Of a stretch of DNA of 24,280 nucleotides, positions 16,396 to 23,491 are shown piece by piece. The translations under genes and the position numbers were made by a program. Source of the stretch: a virus (taxonomy: Duplodnaviria; Caudoviricetes); IMG/VR virus record IMGVR_UViG_3300034993_000055, positions 1 through 24,280 of that record; one strand, 5' to 3'. How positions within the stretch are numbered: the first letter of the stretch is position 1; each line of letters starts with the position of its first letter. Below the pieces are notes generated by a model that was not told where the DNA came from, searched no databases, and saw nothing but the letters and a program-made list of their open reading frames with translations.

Positions 16396-16518
16396 TCAAT
16401 AGAGGTCTCGCAGGAACGCAAAGAGCCAAAAGGCCGTCCCCACCAGGCTGATAACCAGAATGTAGGCCAACAAGCGACGCATCAGAAACCAGTAAGACTC
16501 CCGCGGCGGCTGAATCAC
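16396..16518 (-). CDS. Small single-pass membrane protein (40 aa; not in ORF track), possible lysis accessory
   Basis: AGAAGGAG RBS, GTG start, MIQPPRESYWFLMRRLLAYILVISLVGTAFWLFAFLRDLY*. Confidence 0.65.
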   Translation of the reverse strand: MIQPPRESYWFLMRRLLAYILVISLVGTAFWLFAFLRDLY

Positions 16519-16533
16519 GCTCGTCTCTCCTTC

Positions 16534-16716
16534 TCATAAGCCTGCAAGAAGCCCAAAGCGGTTGACGATGAAAATCAATAATAGGATGGCAATCAGCGCA
16601 ATGATGACCACCCTGATTGGTTGCGGCATCGCAATCTGGTTCAGCACCCACATTAAAAGGTAGACAACGATCGCGATGATGATGATTGCAATGAGCAAAC
16701 CCAAAAGACCTTCCAC
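16534..16716 (-). CDS. Two-TM small membrane protein, candidate holin
   Basis: 60 aa with two long hydrophobic helices separated by MPQPIR; AAGGAGG RBS; immediately after the endolysin. Confidence 0.7.
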   Translation of the reverse strand: MEGLLGLLIAIIIIAIVVYLLMWVLNQIAMPQPIRVVIIALIAILLLIFIVNRFGLLAGL

Positions 16717-16730
16717 GGTATACCTCCTTC

Positions 16731-18599
16731 TTAACGCCCTGCTCCTGGCCCCAATGGTGACCCTGTCAGCAAATAGGCATCCCTGGGATTAAACCTGCCC
16801 TTTGGGTAGCCGTAGGTTACGTCCAGATAGTTTCCGTCACTGTCTGAGCCGCGTAGCTCAAAGTGGACGTGCGGGCCCGTGCTGTTGCCCGTGCTGCCAC
16901 TGAGGGCAATCGTCTGCCCGCGCTGCACAGCCTGTCCCACACGCACGCCGATGCTCTCCAGATGGGCGTAAAAGCTCTGGAAGTGCAATGCCTTGTGCCA
17001 CACGCGGCAGTATCTACCGTACGAAACATCCTCACCCGTATAGACGACCAGGCCATCGGCAATGGACAGGACGGGCGTGTCAAGGCGGCAAGCGATGTCC
17101 ATGCCGTTATGCCCGATACAGCCAAAGCGTGCCGGCGGCGTGCCAAAGTCGTCGGTGATCGGCCCATCCACTGGCCACAAGAGCGGCGCAAGCTCCACGG
17201 GCGGCTTGATGGGTGGCTCTATGGGCGGGATGGGTCGCTCGGCAATCGTGTACTCGAAATCAATAAAAGTGCTTGTGTGAATCGACGGGTTGCCATGCGC
17301 GCCCATGCCGATGCCCATTGCCTTGTCGGATGGGTTGCCATCATCTACCCAGATGCTAAATTCATTGAGCGAAGATGACATCGGGAAATCATAGTTCCAG
17401 CCGAGAATGTGCTGTGCTACCTTGCTAATAACGGTCGTATGTCCTGACGGCCATTCCACGCGTAGTTCGACGCCCGCCACTTGCTTTCCATCATCGATGA
17501 CCCTACCCAAAATATGATGATCCGGCCCCGCCGCGTCCGCCTCTTCCTCATTCAAGTGCTCGGCAAAGGTGATGCGCCAGTAGCCGGTTCCGGCGGGCGG
17601 CGAGATGAAGTCAAACTCAACGCCGCGTGCAGCAAGCACAGGGTCAATTTCACGGTCTGATATAGGTAGCTCAGGTATCCACTCACCATCAGGCGGCAAG
17701 GGCGGCTCTGGAATGGGTGACGGAATGGGCGAGTGATAGCCCTGCTCCACCGCTGCCCGATATTCCGCAATCACATCGTCGCGGCCTTCGATATAGAAAT
17801 GGTCGTGGCGCGGATAGCGAAAGAAGGCCACGCAATGAATGAGCGGCGCATTGTTGGAACGATTCCAAAAGTCAATCTCCCCCAGCATGGCAGGCATCAG
17901 CCCCACCGCCTGCCACGGCCCATCGCCATTGGCTTCGGTGATATACGCGGGCAAATGGCTATACTCTAGCGGGATGGCGTCGCAATAATCTCGGTAACAC
18001 AAAAAGTTGTAATACCTGTTCTGGAATGGCGCATCCATACGGGCCGTAGAGGTGACTAGGTTCACGTCATAGCCGTGCGTATACGAGTGCAAGGCATAGC
18101 CGTCAAACTCGCCGTGTAGCAGGCTCAGTACGTCTGTAAAGTAGGTAATCCAATCACCTTTGGGATTGCCCTCATATTTGCACTCGTCATTCCACGGCCC
18201 CGACGCGGCGACTAAGACTTCATCCGAGGCGTGACCTGGCAGGGCGTGAATGGCATCACGGCAGATCTTGAAACAGGCGGCATAGTGCCACGGATAGATG
18301 GGCGCATGGTCGGGCCATTCCCTGCGGAGGTTACATTCATTCCCAATGACCCATCGGCGGCAGCCGCTAGACCCTGCCACGTAAGCGGCCACCTTTTGGG
18401 CGAACCAGTTGTACATGTCGGGATGGGGCAATGTGCCGGTACTGCCGTACCCGTGATTGAGCCTGGTTATCCACTTGAGCGACGTTGGGTAGGCGATAGG
18501 CTGCGGATTCTCGGACAGAGACACGGTATCTATGGCCCAGGTGTCAGGCGGCGCAATGGCGACAGATTCCCGATCATGTAATGCGGCCAAGTTGGGCAT
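16731..18599 (-). CDS. Endolysin-like protein: clan-A-like glycoside hydrolase barrel + middle beta domain + M23 metallopeptidase
   Basis: M23 motifs HNGMD, YAHL and GSTGNSTGPHVHFE. N-terminal VIGNECN (acid/base), ALHSY and YITEAN (nucleophile). Two Pro-rich linkers. Confidence 0.85.
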   Translation of the reverse strand: MPNLAALHDRESVAIAPPDTWAIDTVSLSENPQPIAYPTSLKWITRLNHGYGSTGTLPHPDMYNWFAQKVAAYVAGSSGCRRWVIGNECNLRREWPDHAPIYPWHYAACFKICRDAIHALPGHASDEVLVAASGPWNDECKYEGNPKGDWITYFTDVLSLLHGEFDGYALHSYTHGYDVNLVTSTARMDAPFQNRYYNFLCYRDYCDAIPLEYSHLPAYITEANGDGPWQAVGLMPAMLGEIDFWNRSNNAPLIHCVAFFRYPRHDHFYIEGRDDVIAEYRAAVEQGYHSPIPSPIPEPPLPPDGEWIPELPISDREIDPVLAARGVEFDFISPPAGTGYWRITFAEHLNEEEADAAGPDHHILGRVIDDGKQVAGVELRVEWPSGHTTVISKVAQHILGWNYDFPMSSSLNEFSIWVDDGNPSDKAMGIGMGAHGNPSIHTSTFIDFEYTIAERPIPPIEPPIKPPVELAPLLWPVDGPITDDFGTPPARFGCIGHNGMDIACRLDTPVLSIADGLVVYTGEDVSYGRYCRVWHKALHFQSFYAHLESIGVRVGQAVQRGQTIALSGSTGNSTGPHVHFELRGSDSDGNYLDVTYGYPKGRFNPRDAYLLTGSPLGPGAGR

Positions 18600-19231
18600 C
18601 AGACAAGCTCCAGCAAGGGCAATTGATATTGCGCCTGCTCAATCCTGCGCTGTGCGATGGCGAAATAGGTCGGGTCAATCTCGCAGCCTATAAAATTTCT
18701 GTTCATCTTGGCACAAGCGACGCCCGTTGTGCCGCTACCCATGAACGGGTCAAAAATTGTTGCGCCCGCAAGGGTCAATAGATGAATCTGCTTTGATGCC
18801 CACTCATACGGTTTTGGGCAGGGATGACCTTTGAGAGAATCATCCGGCTTGATAGTTGCCCGTATTACGTCGGAGGCGGCGACGGCGGGCGTGCCATATA
18901 ATGCAATCGGTTCCCAGTTATTGAATCCGACTACACATCGCCCCATTGCGGCAGGTTTCCACCAGGCCAGCCACCAATCAGGCGGCGCAATCCGCGCCCA
19001 CTCGCTTAAATTCGCCTGACCTACGCTGATAGCCATTGGCCCTCTACAAATGCGCCGCAATTCAGCGAACCACTCCCCGCACCAATCAGCATAATCAGGA
19101 CGATCATCCATGTAGGTGGCATAATCCAAGTCCACATTGTAGGGAGGGTCAGTAATCACGGCATCCACGCTCCCGTCAGCCATGCCGCGCATGGTTTCGA
19201 TACAATCACCTAAATTCAGCGTGACGCTCAC
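18599..19231 (-). CDS. DNA amino-methyltransferase (N6-A/N4-C, beta class)
   Basis: DAVITDPPY, HPCPKP and DPFMGSGTTG motifs. Confidence 0.95.
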   Translation of the reverse strand: MSVTLNLGDCIETMRGMADGSVDAVITDPPYNVDLDYATYMDDRPDYADWCGEWFAELRRICRGPMAISVGQANLSEWARIAPPDWWLAWWKPAAMGRCVVGFNNWEPIALYGTPAVAASDVIRATIKPDDSLKGHPCPKPYEWASKQIHLLTLAGATIFDPFMGSGTTGVACAKMNRNFIGCEIDPTYFAIAQRRIEQAQYQLPLLELV

Positions 19232-19431
19232 TCTTTCACCGCCGGCAGTTCCTGCGTCTCGTCTCTTGCCGTCCTGCCCAGCTCCATCACCAGCTTACTC
19301 GCTTCCACCCAACTGTCCGCCGTGCGGTAATCCTGCCAACGCGCGCCGTGCCCGCGTTGGATTTGTACGATGTGATTGTCGTCGGGGCTGATTCTAAACT
19401 TCCTTTTCCCGTTGATGCTCTCTAGGCTCAT
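19228..19431 (-). CDS. Hypothetical protein
   Basis: Start moved to ATG 19431 (ATGA overlap, GGAGG RBS): MSLESINGKRKFRISPDD... Confidence 0.6.
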   Translation of the reverse strand: MSLESINGKRKFRISPDDNHIVQIQRGHGARWQDYRTADSWVEASKLVMELGRTARDETQELPAVKE

Positions 19432-19652
19432 ATCGCCACCTCCGTTTTCTCGCACGGCGTCAGGCCCAGCCGTTGCGCCGTCAGGACAAGTTGAGTGCGG
19501 TTGCTGGCTCCGAGCTTGTCCATAATGTTGCGGATATGCACTCGCACCGTGCGTTCCGTAATCGAAAGCTCTGCGCCAATCGCCGCGTTGCTTTGCCCAT
19601 CGGCAGCCAGGGAAACCAATACTTCCATCTCCCGCTCCGTCAGGGCTTTCAA
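19428..19652 (-). CDS. Stand-alone LuxR/GerE-type HTH transcription regulator
   Basis: LTEREMEVL..GQSNAAIGAELSITERTVRVHIRNIMDKLGASNRTQLV. Confidence 0.93.
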   Translation of the reverse strand: MKALTEREMEVLVSLAADGQSNAAIGAELSITERTVRVHIRNIMDKLGASNRTQLVLTAQRLGLTPCEKTEVAI

Positions 19653-19876
19653 GAGTCAAACTCCGCATGGGTGACTCTGTTGGGCCGTGCGCGCTTGATT
19701 TCCTGCGCGTTCATCAGGGCTAGTTGCAAGACTTCAATCGTCGTCTTGAGGTCGGTCACGTTGCGCTCATGTGCCGCCGCTAGTTTGTCCAGGGCGGCGA
19801 TGTTGCTCTTGAACTGGAGATAGAGCGCCACGCTGCCGATGGTCACGTAGCCCAGGATGAAGGGCCAGTCAATCAC
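19649..19876 (-). CDS. Small protein with N-terminal TM helix and coiled coil
   Basis: WPFILGYVTIGSVALYL followed by a heptad-like segment; overlaps both neighbours. Confidence 0.6.
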   Translation of the reverse strand: MIDWPFILGYVTIGSVALYLQFKSNIAALDKLAAAHERNVTDLKTTIEVLQLALMNAQEIKRARPNRVTHAEFDS

Positions 19877-20199
19877 GGTACGCCTAGTAACAAGCGCAAC
19901 CGCTTGAGCACATCATCTGAACTGTGTCCGTCATACGTTGCATTGCGCTCGATTTCCGGCACATCAGGCAACCGCTCCCACCATTCGGCAGGCAAGTGGT
20001 AACTGATTTGTCCGTGAATCGTATCCATGCCCGCAATGAACCAACCTTCCCAGATTTCGCCATCTTGATTGCGCCAAGTTTTCCAGGCAGAGCGTAAATA
20101 GCTCGTGAGCACTAGCGCAAAGAGGGCGTGCCGATGCTCGTATAGCTCGTTGAAAGTGTGATAGCCGTCGGAGGTGTCCCCCGTTATTTGCTCGTTCAT
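19873..20199 (-). CDS. Conserved phage protein of the SDGYHTFNELY...QISYH...(W/Y)DGH family
   Basis: Motifs SDGYHTFNELYEHR, WFIAG, GQISYHLP and YDGHSSDDVLKRL, recognised from memory as a widespread phage family; function unknown. Confidence 0.75.
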   Translation of the reverse strand: MNEQITGDTSDGYHTFNELYEHRHALFALVLTSYLRSAWKTWRNQDGEIWEGWFIAGMDTIHGQISYHLPAEWWERLPDVPEIERNATYDGHSSDDVLKRLRLLLGVP

Positions 20200-20285
20200 T
20201 CACGCGTCACCATTGCAAACTGTGCCAGGATTGCGCCCAGCAGCGCCAGCGCCAGCCAAAAGAGCACTTCGTTCGCCGAGGTCAT
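20196..20285 (-). CDS. 29-aa hydrophobic peptide (not in ORF track)
   Basis: MTSANEVLFWLALALLGAILAQFAMVTRE*; ATGA overlaps at both ends. Confidence 0.5.
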   Translation of the reverse strand: MTSANEVLFWLALALLGAILAQFAMVTRE

Positions 20286-20347
20286 CTGGCAAAACTCATC
20301 TCAGGATGTACTTCCTGACAGATGCGCCCGAATGGATTGCTGATCAT
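20282..20347 (-). CDS. 21-aa coupling peptide (not in ORF track)
   Basis: MISNPFGRICQEVHPEMSFAR*; GAGG RBS; ATGA overlaps at both ends fill the gap exactly. Confidence 0.4.
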   Translation of the reverse strand: MISNPFGRICQEVHPEMSFAR

Positions 20348-20835
20348 GCCACCTCGACAGACTCGGCGCGGCGCAAGGTAATCAGGTGCTGCGTGCCGTA
20401 GAGCTTGTTGGTGGGCATGGCAAGCTTCTGCCCAAAGCCGAAATCCTTAAGCGGATGCTCGATGAGCACCGCGTGCGTTGTCCAGCCCAGCGACGTGAAG
20501 CCTGTCTCAATCGTGCCTGCGATGACCACGTAGATGTCGGCCCAGCGATGCGGTTCATCGGGATTCATAATCAGATTGCCCGCCCGTCTTGGTTCGCCCG
20601 TATGGGCATTGATGCCCATCCATACCACCTCGATTTTGAGGGGAAGAACAAAGTCGTAGCCGCCGTCGCCTTTCACCGTGACGCTGCCATTGAAGTGGCA
20701 GCGCAGGATTTCGGCGGCGTACCTCTCAGCGGCCGCCGCTTGGCGGTCGTTCTCGGCACTGGTCAGGCTGCCGTCTTTGCGTACAGGGCTAATGCCTGCC
20801 TGGCGCTTGGCATGGTAGCGGTCGGCTCCGTTCAT
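20344..20835 (-). CDS. PD-(D/E)XK-fold-like phage protein, possibly catalytically altered
   Basis: AAERYAAEIL..GDGGYDF..KIEVV..ADIYVV..LGW pattern. Start at ATG 20835 (ATGA overlap). Confidence 0.55.
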   Translation of the reverse strand: MNGADRYHAKRQAGISPVRKDGSLTSAENDRQAAAAERYAAEILRCHFNGSVTVKGDGGYDFVLPLKIEVVWMGINAHTGEPRRAGNLIMNPDEPHRWADIYVVIAGTIETGFTSLGWTTHAVLIEHPLKDFGFGQKLAMPTNKLYGTQHLITLRRAESVEVA

Positions 20836-21080
20836 TTCTTTTGCTCCCACAGGAGATAGCGCACGTAGTTCTCGCACCGTTTGGCAAGACCGTCCCGCTC
20901 CGGCCTTAAACGCTTCACCGTGTGCTTATACACACGCTCTGGCGTCCAGCCATTCTTCAGGAGCATCTTCATTCTGTCGGCAAGGCGCGGATGGTACGTA
21001 TCAAGCCAGTCCACATCTTCTCTGTACAAGTCGGCGTCAAATTCTTCTTCTACTTCTTCATCGGTAAGTTGTGTAGCCAT
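20832..21080 (-). CDS. Hypothetical protein
   Basis: 82 aa, AAGGAG RBS; acidic N-terminus and basic helical C-terminus. Confidence 0.7.
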   Translation of the reverse strand: MATQLTDEEVEEEFDADLYREDVDWLDTYHPRLADRMKMLLKNGWTPERVYKHTVKRLRPERDGLAKRCENYVRYLLWEQKK

Positions 21081-21121
21081 CTGGTTGCTCCTTTTGGTAG
21101 GGGCGCGTTTGCGCCAATAAC

Positions 21122-21150
21122 AAAAAAAACCACCAAGATTAACTTGGTGG
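21122..21150 (-). terminator. Intrinsic terminator
   Basis: Minus strand CCACCAAG-TTAAT-CTTGGTGG followed by 8 T. Confidence 0.85.
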
Positions 21151-21175
21151 CGGGTCTGTGGGACGTGGCCTTGTG

Positions 21176-21364
21176 CTATTTAGTTTCGAGACTTATCGGT
21201 TCGCTGATGCGCTCTGGCTGGGCCTTGACTCGCATCTGCGCCTTGCCTACATTGATGATGACCGTGCCTACGTCACCATCCGTGTAGAGACGCACTAGCT
21301 CGGCGCGTACCTGCGTAAGCGTCTCGGCAATGGCCTTCTCAAAGGCCTTCTGTCGATCAGGCAT
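21176..21364 (-). CDS. Small helix + beta-hairpin protein (DUF2292/YezD-like pattern; putative regulator)
   Basis: 62 aa with AGGGGG RBS; amphipathic helix then GDVGTVIINVGKAQMRV. It is the only gene between a promoter and a terminator. Confidence 0.6.
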   Translation of the reverse strand: MPDRQKAFEKAIAETLTQVRAELVRLYTDGDVGTVIINVGKAQMRVKAQPERISEPISLETK

Positions 21365-21388
21365 ATGATCCCCCTACGGGATACATCT

Positions 21389-21417
21389 AGGATATAGCCC
21401 ACAGCACAATATGTCAA
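21389..21417 (-). promoter_or_regulatory. Sigma70-type promoter
   Basis: TTGACA (21417-21412), 17 nt, TATCCT (21394-21389). Confidence 0.75.
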
Positions 21418-21536
21418 CGACGAATCGAAAGTCGCCCAATAAGGACGAGCAACAAGCAGACGGGCCAGTAGAGAAATGTAAGCCCAATCGCCAGCCATGC
21501 CAGCGCGCTCAAAAGTTCGTGAATACTGCCATCCAT
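21414..21536 (-). CDS. Small membrane protein (40 aa)
   Basis: GGAGG RBS, ATG 21536: MDGSIHELLSALAWLAIGLTFLYWPVCLLLVLIGRLSIRR*. Confidence 0.6.
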   Translation of the reverse strand: MDGSIHELLSALAWLAIGLTFLYWPVCLLLVLIGRLSIRR

Positions 21537-21540
21537 TCGC

Positions 21541-21852
21541 CTATCCTCCCAGCATGGCGCTAAACTCGGCCACCACTTCGGCATGTTGCGCCTCAGCCTC
21601 GGCCCACGTCGAGCAGCGGTAGGTTTCGTGCCCGTTGTCCTTGACAAAGACCATCGTCTCAAAGAGCAGAGGCGGGCCAATGCCGCTCCAGTTATGATCG
21701 AGCCCTAAGCAAACCGTGGAGATGATGACATTGCCAATCTCGGTTTCGGCTACGCGGCGATTACCTATGTCCCCGAAGCAGTCGCCCCATACGCGTATGT
21801 CATCGGTGGAGATGATGTTATGGTCAGCGTCAAGCATGTAGAAGTGGGTCAT
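21541..21852 (-). CDS. Conserved phage hypothetical protein
   Basis: ISTVCLGLDHNW..PPLLFETMVF..RCSTWAEAEAQH pattern, recalled from many phages. Confidence 0.75.
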   Translation of the reverse strand: MTHFYMLDADHNIISTDDIRVWGDCFGDIGNRRVAETEIGNVIISTVCLGLDHNWSGIGPPLLFETMVFVKDNGHETYRCSTWAEAEAQHAEVVAEFSAMLGG

Positions 21853-22088
21853 TGGTAATCCGCCTTACGTGGCGCATCCAGCAGCAAAGGTTGCTCATGG
21901 CCAGGATCGCAATGAGGCTTTAGTTCGTCCTTTAGCTCCGTCACGATAGCCAGAAGCTTGTCCATCTCCGCTACTTTCGCTTCACGCACAAGCGGGTCAT
22001 GGCGAAAGACGTATTCCCTCATCTTGCGCTCTCTGGCGATGATCTTGTAGGCCGTGTTGAATTTGGTTTTGAGTTCGTCGCTGTTCAT
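21849..22088 (-). CDS. Hypothetical helical protein
   Basis: Start at ATG 22088 (ATGA overlap, GAGG RBS). Confidence 0.6.
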   Translation of the reverse strand: MNSDELKTKFNTAYKIIARERKMREYVFRHDPLVREAKVAEMDKLLAIVTELKDELKPHCDPGHEQPLLLDAPRKADYQ

Positions 22089-22300
22089 GCTTGCACCTCT
22101 AGGTCTAGTTTTTGCCAATCGCCGATGAAGTTCCCTAAGGGGATACATTGCTGCCTGCCTATCAACTTAACCGCCAACTCACGCCCGCGGCGGTTCCACA
22201 CGTAGACGATTTCAACCGGCGCATGGATGGGGCGCAACTGGTTGTTCTGCACTGCGCGGCTGCCGTGAAATATCCAAAAACCTGGCGTGGTGGGGTTCAT
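22085..22300 (-). CDS. Hypothetical protein
   Basis: 71 aa, PTTPGFWIF start motif; ATGA-coupled at both ends. Confidence 0.6.
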   Translation of the reverse strand: MNPTTPGFWIFHGSRAVQNNQLRPIHAPVEIVYVWNRRGRELAVKLIGRQQCIPLGNFIGDWQKLDLEVQA

Positions 22301-22515
22301 TGCAGACGCTCCGGCGGCTTTGCGCCAAAGGGGTAATCCCGTTCGTCTGGCGGATGGAATACCACTGGATCATCGTCCACGATTTCATCCTTCAACTTCT
22401 CCACATGCCCGTTGGTTTCGCGCATCTTGTCCCGTATCTCCGTGAGCACGGTCAGGATGCCCATAAAGCCGAGCAGCAAGATGCAGGCAATGGCAACGAG
22501 GAGGGCGTTGGTCAT
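22297..22515 (-). CDS. Small protein with N-terminal TM helix
   Basis: ATG 22515 (ATGA overlap): MTNALLVAIACILLLGFMGILTVLTEIRDK... Confidence 0.6.
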   Translation of the reverse strand: MTNALLVAIACILLLGFMGILTVLTEIRDKMRETNGHVEKLKDEIVDDDPVVFHPPDERDYPFGAKPPERLQ

Positions 22516-23156
22516 AGCGACGGCTCCCGGATAGCGTCCATCAAATACCGCCCAATAAAGTTTGTATACGCGGGCGGAATCGCCTCGGCTAACTCGCCCT
22601 GTGTCATCCAGCCAATACCCATCGCTTCCCGGCAATACGGCACGTTCGACATATGCCCAACCACATGCACATACTCCCCGTCCTTTGGGGGTCTGCCCAT
22701 CTTGGCGTGTCTGGCGTTGGCAGACGGAGCCAACATAAACGGCACGTCAAAGTTGCACTCAAAGAGGCGCGGGCGCATGGTACGGAGGCCAAACATAGAC
22801 CCAACCAAGAGAGTAGGGTTGAGCAGCGGCGCACCCTGTACGTTCTCAATCACGTAGGGTTTGCCCGTTGCCCGTAACGCTTGCCGGGTATGCTCAATCA
22901 GCATGGGATGGTCATTGCCCCGTAGGTTGCGCGCCTTGCTATAGCCCTGGCAAGGTGGGCTGGCATGGATCGCCGCGTAGCCGCTCAGGTCTGCCGTCGC
23001 CAGGTATTCCAGCGCATCCCCTAAAATAAACACATCCCCCGCATAGCGCGGCTGTGGGCGGTTATCAATGCCGGTCACATGAAAGCCTGCCATCTGGTAT
23101 CCTCTGGCAGCGCCACCGGCCCCTGCGAAAAGATCAAGCAATTTGGGTCTGTTCAT
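22512..23156 (-). CDS. DNA cytosine-5 methyltransferase (compact phage type)
   Basis: Motif I LDLFAGAGG, motif IV ASPPCQ, motif VI VIENV, motif VIII-like RPRLF, motif X-like EAIPPAYT. Confidence 0.92.
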   Translation of the reverse strand: MNRPKLLDLFAGAGGAARGYQMAGFHVTGIDNRPQPRYAGDVFILGDALEYLATADLSGYAAIHASPPCQGYSKARNLRGNDHPMLIEHTRQALRATGKPYVIENVQGAPLLNPTLLVGSMFGLRTMRPRLFECNFDVPFMLAPSANARHAKMGRPPKDGEYVHVVGHMSNVPYCREAMGIGWMTQGELAEAIPPAYTNFIGRYLMDAIREPSL

Positions 23157-23491
23157 AACGGCTCAATCCCTATCCCCGCACACTCGTAGAGCCACCGCTC
23201 CAGTTCCCCCACCGTCCGCACATGCTCTATCTGCCTGCGCAGCATGGCTAGGTCAGCCACATGCGTTACGAAGATGGGAGCCCAAATGTAATAGGCACAA
23301 TATTCGACCACCAGCCTAAGTTCGCCAGCCGTGGGCTCACGCTCAAACTGTGGCGCATCCAGGTGGCGCAAAAGCACGCGGATGGCGTAGGAGGTGACGC
23401 CGCCGTTGTAGCTCAGGCAAGAGTAGGGCGCGCCGCACCAGTAGGGTTCGTAGAGGTCTGTTAGGGTGTTCTCGGATCCGTTGACAATCAT
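23153..23491 (-). CDS. Hypothetical protein
   Basis: Start at ATG 23491 (ATGA overlap); 112 aa ending GIEPL. Confidence 0.6.
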   Translation of the reverse strand: MIVNGSENTLTDLYEPYWCGAPYSCLSYNGGVTSYAIRVLLRHLDAPQFEREPTAGELRLVVEYCAYYIWAPIFVTHVADLAMLRRQIEHVRTVGELERWLYECAGIGIEPL

